DNA of 64,000 bases, from contig MCFE01000103.1 in NCBI GenBank assembly GCA_002104905.1, forward strand, positions 107,534 to 171,533, written 5' to 3'. How positions within the stretch are numbered: position 1 is the first letter of the stretch; every line of letters starts with the position of its first letter. This DNA is from Basidiobolus meristosporus CBS 931.73. Lineage: Eukaryota > Fungi > Basidiobolomycota. The notes beneath the pieces were generated by a model that was given only the letters and a program-made list of their open reading frames with translations, was not told the DNA's origin and made no database searches. Positions 13,801-27,790 of the stretch are shown here, in pieces. Position numbers and translations under genes: made by a program.

Positions 13801-14678
13801 CCTCAGGATAGTCTAGAACATCCCGTGGTTAGTGGAACGTTCTTTTACCCGGCTAACTATGCTTACCCAGGATCCCGATGTCAAGGAGATCAGCCGGAAG
13901 GGACGCAGAGCACTCAATGCGACGAACACGGTAAAGCGACCGTGTCCAGTAAAGAGCAATACCAGGTTGATCCAGTATGAAACAACAACAACGAAATCAA
14001 TCCGCTGGAAGCTGTGACGTAAGTATGCCTTATCGGGAAAAAGCGAGTCCAGCTCCGAGTGAACATCCACCACAAGAAACTGAGACTTGGTCGTGAGGTT
14101 GGCTCTTGGATTCCTGGGCTGAAGCCCAATGGGGTTGAAGACGAATCCCGAGATGATTATTCGAGCAATCATTTCCAAGCTATCCAGAGGTCAGCATGGG
14201 TCAGAGGCAAGATGGCGCATATCGGAGAGTACATACGTATAGAAGATAAAGATCACTAACAAAGGGTATTCGGCCCAATTGGCTCCAAAACTGTAGTCCC
14301 GCACTCCAGCATCCCAAAATTGTATGCACAATAGAAGCCAATTGTGAAGGATGAGCAGCGTAATAAACAGTCCCATCCATCTAGAGAATTTGGTCACTAC
14401 GTGGTATATGTAAGTCGCTTCAGCAGAGATTACCTCTTGTTGAAGAGTTTTGCTAGAAATATTCGGAACCGATTGTTGGGACTGAATATGTAGAGGGAAC
14501 GACCGCCAAGCCGGTGTGCTTCAGGGTAGTATTCGCTTGACTCTTGGCTAGATTCCTCGTGGGCATTGTCGAATCGAGTGGTGGTCAGTCGGATGATACG
14601 CACTGATGCTCTTTGAATTGCGCTCCCCACCCTCGAATGGCGGAATGTTGGCCTGTTGTCTGCGCCTTGTGTGTCCAT
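7840..14678 (-). CDS. CCH1: Four-domain Ca2+ channel, fungal Cch1/NALCN-like, multi-exon
   Basis: Four S1-S6 repeats with S4-like basic segments (LRPFRLI, FQIARFYR, FRALRIA, LFKVVQK) and pore loops FDNIF..AAQGW, FDNF..SGDNW, FDSF..SNEGW, FRTF..TGEGW. EF-hand-like C-terminus (WSEVDIHGNGYI). Confidence 0.93.
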
Positions 14679-16427
14679 GGGACTAAGTTGATACACTATG
14701 TCTACGATTTGGACGGTTTAAGCAGATCGACGACTGACAAGTCGGATGCCTACAGAATGAACGCAAAATGGCTGAGTGCTCGATAGGGCGAATTTGGTGG
14801 AGAGCTGGCATGGATTACCCAATATTTCTACACCAGTTCGTATCGCTTGTGTATGGAAGAGAGGAGCAGAGTCTCGCCAAGGATGTAGGGAATCAAAAAA
14901 CAAAACCGATCAAGCGGGCTTGCAGTTTATTTAAGTAATGCTGAGTCGGGAAGGCTGGTTTAGTGATCAATACAAACACTGTTAGCCAATCTTCGACATA
15001 TTTGAGGAGAAATAGCCTTCAGGATCAGCAGTGATGATTGCATAAGGTCAAACAAAGATAATGGCTGCATATTGATCACTTTACCAGCATTCATCCACCC
15101 ATCCATCCACCCATCCATATTGGCCTTTACCAACATTCATCCGCACATCCATAGGGTTTCAAGCGCATCCTTTTTAGGGCTTTTTGACACTGGCTGGATA
15201 TATCTATTATCTTGAGTCGGTGTAGGCCCTGTCTCGGCGTTAGTGAAATGGGTGGAATGGCTGAGGAGTTCCAGTCATCACGCTTATGTGTGAATTGTGT
15301 CGGAGAAATGCCGTGGACCATCATTGTTTGTGGGCCTTGGCTTGCGCTTACATCTGATCGTCCAGCAATATTTCCTTCATATTGGACCTGGATTGTACTC
15401 ATGCAGGATATGTTTCTGCAATGTTATCTTCAACAGCCAGGGATATCTGATGACGATGCAGGCAACAGGCTAACTAGCAAGTTTCGAGATGATGAGTTGT
15501 GGATTGTGGTTGTGGGTGTTGGTACAGTAGATGGTGTACTCGGTTGCCAACATGAAGTCTCTCCGGTTGAACGCTGCAGTAAAGAAATCCAGCCCACAGG
15601 TTCATGTAAGCATTGGCTGAGTTACCCTCGAATAAGGATATATTGTTGCATTCGCTGAGTTAGCCCCCTATCCCATTTGGGCCTGCATCCAACGCTTAGA
15701 ATCACTGGTTTCGGAAAATAAGATGATTCAGGCAGGTGAGCATTTATCATCCCTTTGTTCTCAGCCTATCAACTTTGCTTTGGAGATGTGTCAAATATAA
15801 GACTTCTTGGTGTCATATTGGCTAGGATTTGAGCACTCTATGGTGATTGGGACTCAGCTTTTGGTCAATTGGTAACCACTCCCTTCACTAAGCATTATCC
15901 TTGAGAGTTGAGATTCTTGGAAAGATATCCTTGGACGTGGGGAGATTTGCAATTGGCTAATTGTTACTTTTATTTTGCCAACACTTTGACCATACCTTTC
16001 CATGGCTTCTAAGCCCCCAATTCCACTTGAAGGGAAGTATTTTGACATGTTTCGGATCAAGTACGAAGCAAAAATAGCCGAATGACTTGTCGTATTACTA
16101 ATGGCCTTGACAAAAGCACCTTCATCTTGCAGGAAACTTGCGAAAACAGACAACGCGCTGCAGGCACTGGATGGATGCTAGAAAGCATGGTCGAGGTGCA
16201 TTCATTGCAAATTAAGTAGGAGAATGAGCGAGCAGATGTTGCTGCGAAATGAAACATAAATTGACTGGGTGCATCACTGGTATTTAGCAAAGTAATGTCT
16301 TTATTGGAACTGTATCTGTATCATGATTGGTATCTAAGTGGAATGCTAGCCTGCTTGAAATATGTAGAGCCATGTTAGATGTCGAATAATTGCTATATGT
16401 GTTGTCACGTCTGGAGCGGGTGGATCT

Positions 16428-17123
16428 TCAAAGACCAACTTTGCCGAGGAGGTTCTTCAGGCAAATCTTAGCGTTGGCCTTGACCCCCGCAACATTGGCA
16501 TCGGCACGGATGTCGTCACACTCATCGTGATGCTCTTGAATGTAGTCACCGTTGTAGTCTCCGCTGTAGTCTCCATCATAGTCCGCATCGTAGTCCCCTT
16601 CGCCATAGTCTTCTTCGTAATCGCCCTCATAGTCGCCCTCATAGTCATCCTCATAGTCACCAGAGTAGTCGGTGCTGTCATAGCCATTACCATGATCCTC
16701 GCCCTCACCCTCGCCCTCATAACTGTCCTCATGATCACCTTCATAGTTGCTCCCGTAGCTGTTGCTTCCTTCATAGGATGTGTCATAGGAGGCATTGTTG
16801 TTTTCGTAGTCACCGCCTTCGCCACCACCCTCACCACCATTGTAGTCTTCATGGCCAACATCATAGCTATTGTTGTTTTCGTAGTCGCCACCTTCGCCTC
16901 CACCCTCACCACCATTGTAGTCTTCATGGCCAACATCATAGCTATTGTTGTGATCCTGGCCTACATTGCCATAGCTGCCTCCGGAACCGTTGTAGTCGGA
17001 GGTATCGTAGGATGATTTGCTTGAGCCTTGAATCCCAGTGGTGTACTCTCTTGGGATGGCTAATCCATCAGTGAGGTTGACGATGGCGAGGGCGGTGATG
17101 GTGAGTAGTCCAAGGTACTTCAT
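16428..17123 (-). CDS. Secreted Gly/Tyr/Asp/Glu-rich repetitive protein, copy 1 (231 aa)
   Basis: Hydrophobic N-terminal signal peptide, 25-aa repeats (YDVGHEDYNGGEGGGEGGDYENNNS), and a C-terminal CDDIRADANVAGVKANAKICLKNLL segment. Confidence 0.88.
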   Translation of the reverse strand: MKYLGLLTITALAIVNLTDGLAIPREYTTGIQGSSKSSYDTSDYNGSGGSYGNVGQDHNNSYDVGHEDYNGGEGGGEGGDYENNNSYDVGHEDYNGGEGGGEGGDYENNNASYDTSYEGSNSYGSNYEGDHEDSYEGEGEGEDHGNGYDSTDYSGDYEDDYEGDYEGDYEEDYGEGDYDADYDGDYSGDYNGDYIQEHHDECDDIRADANVAGVKANAKICLKNLLGKVGL

Positions 17124-17687
17124 GGTATATTTACGATTCCGTTAACTGGATAATTACTCGAAGAGAGTGGCTGATAAACAACGGAGAACATCACCGCTTT
17201 ATTTATATATTATTCACAAGACTCTGACTTGGATGTATCCTCACGTGTACATCAAGCACCTTTTTGCATAGATTGAAAGTTGCATAGCATCTAGCACCAG
17301 TCGATCTGTTCAGCTGTAATGTAGATCTAGTAATGGAGTCTGTTATTCGTGATATAGCTCAGTAGAGAGTAGCACATGCAAATGTGAACGCACGTTTATA
17401 AGGGGCAAATACAGTTGAGCTCAAGTCGGGTAACGGAGTCCCTTGACACCAACTAATATCTGAGATTGGCGAGTGGGATTAAACGGATTTGTCTTGAACC
17501 TATTTCTCAACTTTGGCCTGCAGATCTCCAAGGGCGAACTTCGAGGTGCATCCCATCCAGATTGACCAAATAAATCTGCCATTTAATTATTGATCTACAT
17601 TAATGGGAATTCACCTCAACCGTGCCTATATATAGTGGATGAAACGAATGTCATCCACATACTCAAGCTTTTGACAGTTTAACTCAA

Positions 17688-18464
17688 ATGAAGTACATTG
17701 GATTACTCACCGCCCTCGCCATCGTCAACCTCACTGATGGATTAGCCATCCCAAGAGAGTACACCACTGGAATTCAAGGCTCAAGCAAATCATCCTACGA
17801 TACCTCCGACTACAACGGTTCCGGAGGCAGCTATGGCAATGTAGGCCAGGATCACAACAATAGCTATGATGTTGGCAATGAAGACTACAATGGTGGTGAG
17901 GGTGGAGGCGAAGGTGTCGACTACGAAAACAACAATAGCTATGATGTTGGCCATGAAGATTACAATGGTGGTGAGGGTGGAGGCGAAGGCGGCGACTACG
18001 AAAACAACACTAGCTATGATGTTGGCCATGAAGACTACAATGGTGGTGAGGGTGGTGGCGAAGGCGGTGACTACGAAAACAACAATGCCTCCTATGACGC
18101 ATCCTATGAAGGAAGCAACAGCTACGGGAGCAACTATGAAGGTGATCATGAGGACAGTTATGAGGGCGAGGGTGAGGGCGAGGATCATGGTAATGGCTAT
18201 GACAGCACTGACTACTCTGGTGACTATGAGGATGACTATGAGGGCGACTATGAGGGCGACTATGAGGGCGATTACGAAGAAGACTATGGCGAAGGGGACT
18301 ACGATGCGGACTATGACGGAGACTACAGCGGAGACTACAACGGTGACTACATTCAAGAGCATCACGATGAGTGTGACGACATCCGTGCCGATGCCAATGT
18401 TGCGGGGGTCAAGGCCAACGCTAAGATTTGCCTGAAGAACCTCCTCGGCAAAGTTGGTCTTTAA
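17688..18464 (+). CDS. Secreted Gly/Tyr/Asp/Glu-rich repetitive protein, copy 2 (258 aa)
   Basis: Near-identical inverted paralog of 16428-17123 with one extra 25-aa repeat and one extra YEGD unit. TATA-like TATATA ~55 bp upstream. Confidence 0.88.
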   Translation: MKYIGLLTALAIVNLTDGLAIPREYTTGIQGSSKSSYDTSDYNGSGGSYGNVGQDHNNSYDVGNEDYNGGEGGGEGVDYENNNSYDVGHEDYNGGEGGGEGGDYENNTSYDVGHEDYNGGEGGGEGGDYENNNASYDASYEGSNSYGSNYEGDHEDSYEGEGEGEDHGNGYDSTDYSGDYEDDYEGDYEGDYEGDYEEDYGEGDYDADYDGDYSGDYNGDYIQEHHDECDDIRADANVAGVKANAKICLKNLLGKVGL

Positions 18465-18704
18465 TCGGATAATTCAGGCAGTCAGCTCACATAATAATAA
18501 TAATAATACCAATGCTTGATTGGCTTTGCATCATTCGGACGGAACAATCATCCATAATACGTGCACTTGAAAAAATAAATGTCGGACGCTTCGAATTAGG
18601 GTTGAGGAATTTATTAAGAAGATGAACGCACGATTCCTCTACACAGTGGGTTCGATCTCGCTATATTTATAAAAAATCACCCAAATCACTCCCGGGAATA
18701 CGGC

Positions 18705-20738
18705 TTAGAATGGTCGGGCCAGAAGGTGGGGAAGTGGTTCAGTCTTGTAGAATTCGATCATCTTGACCGATTTTTGGGCAATGGCGGCTGAAGTGATGCC
18801 AAATCTTTCGTAGAGTTGTCCAGCAGGTGCTGAAGCTCCGAATGTGGTCATACCAATCGAGGCATGAGCATATTTTCCCCAACCAAATGTGGTCATAGCC
18901 TCAACACTGAGGACTGGAACATTACGAGGGAACACAGACTCCTTGTAGGCCAACTCTTGTTGGTCGAAGAGCTCCATAGAGGGCATGGACACAATGCGAG
19001 CCTTGACACCGGAAGCCGCCAACTCCTTAGCGGCCTCAACACAAATGGAAACCTCCGAGCCGGTAGCCACAAGTACGATTTCGGGCTCAGGAACATCGCT
19101 CAAAACGTAAGCGCCCTTGAGAGTATTCTCAATGGAGGAACCCTCGAGGTGTGGGAGGTTCTGTCTGGAGAGGGCAAGGACACTTGGGCGATGCTTGTTC
19201 TGGATGGCTGCCAAATAGGCACCAGAAACTTCATTACCATCTGCTGGTCTGAATACCAAGGTGTTGGGAGTTGCTCTGAGAGAAGCCAAGGTTTCAATGG
19301 GTTGATGTGTAGGTCCATCCTCACCCAGACCAATGGAGTCATGAGTCATGACGTAGATCACACGTAGATGAGAGAGTGCGGAGAGACGAGAAGCACCCAA
19401 GGCGTAGGAGATGAAGTTCAAGAAGGTAGAGCAGAACGGAATGAATCCACCGTAAGCAGCAATACCGTTACAGATGGCAGCCATACCATGTTCGCGAACA
19501 CCGAAACGAATGTAACGACCTGCGTAACTTCCTAGTCCAGTGCTCTCATGTTGGAAGTCCACGGCAGTCTTCCATCTGGTAAGGTTCGAGTGGGTAAGAT
19601 CTGCTGAGCCACCAACAAGTTCAGGTACAGCCTCCGCGATCTTGTTCAACGCGATTTCCGAGAGCTTTCTTGTGGCAACGGCGGGATCGGCAGGGGTGTA
19701 TCTTGGGAGAGCATCCTCCCATCCGGCAGGAAGCTCGTTCAAGACACGACGCTTAAGCTCTTGAGCAAGTTCTGGGTATTGCGCAGAATACTTCTCGAAC
19801 AACACATTCCATTCATCTTCGCATTGGCTTCCTCGCTTTTGAACGCTGCTGTAGAAGTCCTTCACCTCTTGAGGAACAAAGAAGCTCTGGGCAGGATCGA
19901 AACCGAACTTGGACTTGAGTTGGGCCAAGTCATCGTTGCTCAAAGGAGCCCCGTGAACCTTTTCACTTCCTTGGAGGAGGGAACCGCAACCGATCACGGT
20001 GCGAATCTTGATCAAAGTGGGCTTGTCGGTGACCTTCTTTGCCTCGGCGATGGCCTTCTCGATGGCTTCAAAGCCGTAGTCACCATCCTCCACACTAAGA
20101 GTGTGCCATCCGTACGCCTCGAAACGCTGGCATACATCCTCGGTGAAGGCAACCTCGGTGCTTCCGTCGATTTGAATCTTGTTGTCGTCATAAAGGGCGA
20201 TCAGTTTTCCCAACTTAAGATGGCCAGCTAGGGAAGCGGCTTCAGCAGAAACTCCCTCTTGCAGACAACCATCACCAAGAATGGTGTAGGTGTAGTTGTC
20301 AACAATGGGGAATCCTTCTCTGTTGAAAGTGGCAGCAAAGTTGGCTTCGGCCATGGCGAGACCAACTGCGTTAGCAATACCCTGTCCCAAAGGACCGGTG
20401 GTAACTTCGATACCCTCGGTCATGAAGTTTTCAGGATGGCCAGGGCAGATGGAATCCATCTGTCTGAAAGACTTGAGGTCATCCATAGTGACATTGTATC
20501 CAAGAAGGTGAAGCAGGACATATTGCAGAGCGCAGCCGTGTCCGTTGGAGAGAACAAAGCGATCACGGGTGAGCCAGTTGGGGTTCTTTGGGTTGAACTT
20601 CATGAACTTGGTAAAGAGCACGTGGGCCATAGCTGCACAGCCCATGGGAGCACCGGGATGTCCCGAGTTGGCTTTTTTGACAGTGTCAGCAGCAAGTACA
20701 CGAATGGTGTTTGCGGAGAGAATATCAATGTCCTGCAT
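18705..20738 (-). CDS. TKL1: Transketolase
   Basis: SGHPGAPMG, DRFVLSNGHG, TTGPLGQG, GDGCLQEG..., THDSIGLGEDGPTHQP. Confidence 0.98.
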   Translation of the reverse strand: MQDIDILSANTIRVLAADTVKKANSGHPGAPMGCAAMAHVLFTKFMKFNPKNPNWLTRDRFVLSNGHGCALQYVLLHLLGYNVTMDDLKSFRQMDSICPGHPENFMTEGIEVTTGPLGQGIANAVGLAMAEANFAATFNREGFPIVDNYTYTILGDGCLQEGVSAEAASLAGHLKLGKLIALYDDNKIQIDGSTEVAFTEDVCQRFEAYGWHTLSVEDGDYGFEAIEKAIAEAKKVTDKPTLIKIRTVIGCGSLLQGSEKVHGAPLSNDDLAQLKSKFGFDPAQSFFVPQEVKDFYSSVQKRGSQCEDEWNVLFEKYSAQYPELAQELKRRVLNELPAGWEDALPRYTPADPAVATRKLSEIALNKIAEAVPELVGGSADLTHSNLTRWKTAVDFQHESTGLGSYAGRYIRFGVREHGMAAICNGIAAYGGFIPFCSTFLNFISYALGASRLSALSHLRVIYVMTHDSIGLGEDGPTHQPIETLASLRATPNTLVFRPADGNEVSGAYLAAIQNKHRPSVLALSRQNLPHLEGSSIENTLKGAYVLSDVPEPEIVLVATGSEVSICVEAAKELAASGVKARIVSMPSMELFDQQELAYKESVFPRNVPVLSVEAMTTFGWGKYAHASIGMTTFGASAPAGQLYERFGITSAAIAQKSVKMIEFYKTEPLPHLLARPF

Positions 20739-21735
20739 AGCTCAAGATCGAATTGTGGAGATTACCTGGGACCAGCCGGGGTCTTATATAGCCGATCAGC
20801 AAGCGAACCACATTTTCCGCGCTCTTCGGTCCATTTCACGCCACCATATCATAGATTCTATGCGGTTTCCATTCTTGTGCGCCTATCTGATTTATCTTAT
20901 ATTTGCATACCCACAATAAGCTCGGCCGAGATTCAACTTGCCAACAAATGCCGACCTATTCTGGAGACATTATTCTAACGGATTTGACGATTGGCCCCTC
21001 TAATATCCTTAAGAGGGTATCGCTCAATTTCACCTAATTCCATTAACCTCAGGACAGCCAATGAACGCCGACCCTCACTACTTGGAACCTGGCAAAGCTC
21101 TTCATACGTATGTGGCGAGGTGTCATTCTAGATCATCGAATTCTGCTTTAGTTTGCTTCCTCGATACGAAACACATTCCACAACGTGGAGCGACGCTCCT
21201 GAATTTGGCTCGAGCGACCATGTGTACCACTCCGTATTCCCTCCACCCATTCCAAAGACGACCTTTTCATGTCATGGATGTGATAGGCTTTATCGATGGA
21301 AGCAGTGAAACACCCAGAACCAAAAATAAAGGGATCAATTGTAATTCATGGTTTATCTGGATTTCTACAGTAATTAAATGAAAAGCAGATGGGAAGAAAA
21401 ATGCAAGATAATCGAGGTCCAAAGAGAAGCATCGTTGGTCTATATGGACATGTGCACGACCGTGAAAAATGCCTGGTCCGTGGAAGAAGTAGAATAGGCG
21501 AGTGCGAGGGAGGGGGAGGGGGAGGAGGACTGGAAATCAGCCTCGTAAAGATACAGGAACAAAAAACCGAGGTAACAATACAAAGATACGTGGTAATAGG
21601 TTATGCAAGAAAAATTAATGTGGCCGATAAGTAAGCTGGCAGACTCGATAATAGAAATAAAGTAGAGGGTCTTAATAACTTGAATAGGGCGATGCGAAGT
21701 ATAGGTAATTGTCAGGTAAGTCAAGCACGGGCGCG

Positions 21736-22017
21736 CTACATAACGGAGCATACACAGTTGTTACTCGTACTCGGAGCATATGGGTCGTCTCTTTTCTCCG
21801 TAGGACCCCAGACTGAGGGCAGCATAGGATCCCGAGTGCATTTGGTGAACTTCACCAGGCTGAACAGTGGCGAGTTAGCATCCAAGTAGTAACATTCCAG
21901 GTAGAAGGCTACTTACGACATACTGGCTTCACTAACAGTAGCCCGTGGTACGTTGAGCTGCTCGCGAAGACGTGTGTTGTTTTCAAGAATCTTCTTCAGT
22001 TTGATTTCCGTCATCAT
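21736..22017 (-). CDS. Heterotrimeric G-protein gamma subunit (2 exons, 74 aa; absent from the ORF track)
   Basis: Exons 22017-21917 and 21859-21736 with a GTAAGT...CAG intron give MMTEIKLKKILENNTRLREQLNVPRATVSEASMSLVKFTKCTRDPMLPSVWG...DPY...CVCSVM: GGL-type pattern with a C-terminal CaaX. Confidence 0.9.
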
Positions 22018-22719
22018 ATCGAGGCGGGAGAAAATAGCCACAAGGGTTCAATAAACGTTTAATTTCAAGATATTTACTAAGCAACTAGAGGGTCAGACAT
22101 GCAGTTTCCTAGCTAGAGGTTGAAGAGCAGAGAGGAAAAAGAGAAAATGGAGATTGGAACGGCTGAAAAGCCCCACGATTAAATAATTGATTGAGATACA
22201 CTTTGGAGACAGCATAAACCTCTTCGTCGTACAAATAGACTCTATTTTAACCTCGAAATTTTCATTGCTTAGATCAATCAATATGGAGGGCTCAATAAGG
22301 TGGATGATTGGGCATGATATATTTGTACTCGAACAAAGCGAGAGCCATTTGCTCCAACGAGCTCTGGACTAAATTGGCGTAACAACCTACAATTAACCTG
22401 TAGTTAACCAAAATTGATTACTTTAACACAATCATCGCAGCATAATATAATCAGAATCCGTATCTGTAGTAATAACATAGACCCTGTTCTTGCCGTGATG
22501 CCGATATCCACCTATTTGGTCAAATAGTCATTCTACACTTGGTCCAATTTGGTCAGGAGAGGTTGTGCCGTGCATACATCAATGAATTGTTCCCAAAAAT
22601 AGCTATATAGGGTCAAGTTTGCAAAACCTAGATTCAATCATATTTAGTTGTTGATTTGTGAGACACCAATCCTTGGTCTATTCTACTTAAAGAAAGCTCT
22701 CTCAGGCTCACTCCTCAAT

Positions 22720-24949
22720 ATGACCTTGAGAGAAAATATTCATTACACACAGTTGAATGTACAGGAAGCCACCAGCAAGAAGCCTGACCAACTCCCTCCA
22801 TCTCCGTCAAGATGGCGGACTAAAGAGTTCTACTGCTATTACCTATTGTATCTAATAGTTATTCCATATATACTGAAGGTCGCATACAATATCAGTTCTG
22901 GTGCGTACTCTTTCTTTACTTAGCGGTTGTCTTCGTGAGCTCACCCTTCATCTCAGAATCGCATCCCAACTATTACCTCTATGCTGGCAACTTGTCCGAA
23001 GGCTGGCTGTTTGGAAGACGCGTGGTAAGCATCTTTGCTGCGCAGCTCCTTCTCAAAGGCTCACCCCATAACTTCCCAACTTCCAGGATAACAGCGATGG
23101 ACAGTTCGCTTCGTTTAGAAACAACTACCAATTAATAGCTGGATGCATGGGCTTCTACCTACTTTGCAGTAAAGGAATTAGATACTTGAATCGAACCCTA
23201 GTCGCTTCCACGCAAAGCCTGTTCTTGAAAGTTTCCTTCTCCCTGGTTTTTTCGGTTGTTTTTATTGGATTTGTCTATGGTGCCAACATAATCAAAATTA
23301 TGCTCCTGGTGACTGTGAATTACTTCATTGCCAAGAGTTGTGGCAGAAACCGCGTGAGTCCATTTCTTACTTGGCTGTTCAACATAGTCGTGTTGTTTGC
23401 CAACGAAAGATACCATGGTTACAAATTTGCTATGCTTAGTGAAAGCTTGGCATTCCTGGTAAGTATCGCTCTCCTGCACAACATTCGATGAAGCGCTCAC
23501 ATAGTCACTTCTATAGGATCAATACAGCGGAGTGTTCAGGTGGTACATCCTCTTTAATATCACCACCTTGCGGATGATATCGTTCAATATGGATTACTAC
23601 TGGAGCTTTACCAACCGCAAACGGGTGTCCGAATCAGCCGAGGTATGTAGCAACCAAACCCACTCTGAGATAAACATTGATTAACATGTCTTTGTTAATA
23701 GGATGGCGCTGAGCATTCATATACAGACGAGAGAGATCGCATTGAAACCTCCCACTTGCCTAACGACTATAATTATTTATACTACCTGACCTACATTTTT
23801 TACACACCGCTTTATTTGGCTGGGCCAATTATTACGTTTAATAACTTCCTCTCTCAAGTAAGTGATACTAAGCGCCCAGCTGCAGTTAAGAGCATCAGTT
23901 AACGTGATTTCCGGTATAGCTACGCGTTCCTTGTAAGACGATCACCCTCAAGTCTACGCTTATGTACGGGCTCCGCGTACTTGGTGCGGTTATCTTAATG
24001 GAGGTTATGCTGCATTGCTTTTACGTGGTAGCAATTAGTAGGGCCAAAGCATGGGCCGGATATACACCGTTAGAGATGAGCATGGTTGGATACCTCAACC
24101 TGAAACTGATTTGGCTTAAAGTAAGTTGGGATATCCACTGCAAATGTAATCCCACTTGGTATTCATCCCACGACAACCAACCTCATAGCTTCTGATTATA
24201 TGGCGTTTCTTTCGCTTCTGGGCTATGGCCGATGGGATCGAGGTTACTGAGAATATGCTGCGTTGCATGAGCAACAATTATTCGGCCCTTGGGTTCTGGA
24301 GAAGTTGGCATAGAAGTTACAACAGATGGCTAATCAGGTTTGTTTATCTTAGTGGTTAAACTAGTCAGATCCAGGTAAGCTAAATCGTCTCGTAGGTATG
24401 TATACGTGCCATTAGGTGGATCCAAGTATCAGGCGTACAACATGTGGTTCGTCTTTACTTTCGTGGCTTTATGGCACGATATATCCATGAAGCTGCTGGC
24501 TTGGGCGTGGTTGATCTGCTTGTTTATCCTCCCTGAGCTCATATGCACCGCATCGTTTGCAAAACCAAAGGTAGGATCGTTATCATCCATGATGCTGCGT
24601 AGTAATGGGCTAAGCCTCTTTTGGATCGATTCAGTATCAGTCAAAGCCCTGGTACCGTCACGTAGCTGGAGTTGGTGGAGTGGCCAATATCATAATGATG
24701 ATGATCGCGAATTTGGTCGGGTTCGCAGTTGGACTGGACGGGGTCCAGGAAATGTTGGCTGGAGTATTCAATGTTGATGGTAAGATAGATCTTGCATTGG
24801 GATGACTGTTTCAACTCAACCAACACATGTGATTTATAGGAATCTTTTTCCTGTTCATGACTTTCCTATCATTGTACGCGACCGTGCAGCTTATGTTCGA
24901 GGTTAGAGAACATGAACGCCGCAAACATGGAAAATACTTGAGCTATTGA
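22720..24949 (+). CDS. GUP1: MBOAT O-acyltransferase, Gup1/HHATL family, multi-exon
   Basis: [73 protein letters not shown] (catalytic His region). Confidence 0.93.
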
Positions 24950-25356
24950 CAACCATTGGCACCCCCTTTACTTAATTGATATCACCCCATTCGACCAGCC
25001 TTAATACATCCACCCACCAAAGTTGTAATGTTCCCCCGGTTAATAATACAGTGTAGTCGCAAGCTGACTGATCTGGGGAGATCGATAAAGCCCCAATAAT
25101 CATCATGTAGACTCAGCTGAGAAATGGGGCTGCTGCCGGTAGTTCGATCCCAGTGATCAGGCCAAATATAGAATTTCGTGGTATCTCGACTGTTCTTACC
25201 AAATATGACTCACAACATATCTATGCTCACTCGTGATATGTACAGTTCCCTTCCCCTGCCAACTTGGGTGTAGATAATGCATCCCAATCATATAACCCTA
25301 AGCTATATATTTCTCCCTGGATCGAAATTTCTCCAGTTCATCCTTCATCGCCCAGT

Positions 25357-26779
<1,423 letters not shown>

Positions 26780-27021
26780 ATTTAGCATTACATAGATTTC
26801 ATCATACAAGTCGTTCTCCAGCAATAAAGCAATTCAGTATTAAAGCAAATCACTAGTGTTTAATTGTTCATGACGCTGATTCTGACTACCAACAAAGGTT
26901 TGAGAATTGATATGTGTGCGCATTCTGAATACATTAGCTTCGGTAAAAGGTCTCCATTCTGGTAGCTTCGAGTAGAAATGATGCGCAAGGGATTGTCAAC
27001 TCCGACATCTGTGAATATGGA

Positions 27022-27790
27022 TTACCCTCGTAGTAAATCGTAGTGAATATCCGATTCACTGCTTCTGGAGAGCCACAATGCAGCAGAACTATCATATAGA
27101 GTAAAACGTAAGCGCTGGTGGCGAGAGCAAGGTCGTATGCGCACCTGTGGTTACCTTAGCAATATGGCCACGTTCTGCACAACCGGTGCGATGCCAAGGT
27201 AAAAGTAGGAAGAATCGACACCCGCTGCGATGTATTTGATACACAGGATTGACTGAAAAATAAAAAAAGTTCACTAAACACAAGTCTACAGAGTGGCCAA
27301 CCAACCAATACATACGATTGAACCAGCTATGCCGCCACCCATCGCGGTCATCCCTACGAAGAGCAGTGCTCTTGCTTTCTTAGCAACCCCAGAACCACCA
27401 AAGGTCATGGAATCGTCATCCAAAAGACTTGGATCGATCGAGCTTACACTTCAATAGGTGAGCTTTCGCATGCACATACGAAATGAAGAGCGTAGAAACT
27501 CTTACATGATCATACCCAAGGTGGCTATAATGCCCGAAACGTAATCTTCAATACCTATGAATACTGGGAGCTCTTTGTAGGTTGTGGACAAAATTATGCC
27601 ATCGATGAACATCCACCACCCTACGGCAAACTAGAAAGGGGTCAATGTCGGCTCGAAGAGAATCCCAGCCACAGTGTGTACCGACCAAAAACCCAGCGAC
27701 GTACGCACCGATCTCTTTCTTCATCCCGAGCGCTGGAAACTTGGGGATGGCGCAAAGAAAGGGGCCTCTTGAATCTGACCAAGAATTCAT
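27022..27790 (-). CDS. VPS68: Vps68/TMEM50 vacuolar sorting membrane protein, multi-exon
   Basis: Spliced reading: ...KEIGAYVAGFL/FAVGWWMFIDG...EDYVSGIIATLGMI/VSSID...ARALLFVGMTAMGGGIAGSI...GIAPVVQNVAILLS. Start codon uncertain. Confidence 0.8.

Noticed and set aside
15050-16300. Short ORFs between CCH1 and the secreted pair
   Set aside because: No recognisable domain or consistent spliced model; left unannotated.
16457-18435. 160-191-aa Met/Thr-rich and Val/Ile-rich ORFs overlapping the secreted pair
   Set aside because: Alternative-frame and antisense readings of the low-complexity repeats.
25100-25165. GTTCGATCC resembling a tRNA T-loop
   Set aside because: No acceptor stem, D-arm or anticodon arm could be folded. 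No tRNA or rRNA genes are supported in the window.
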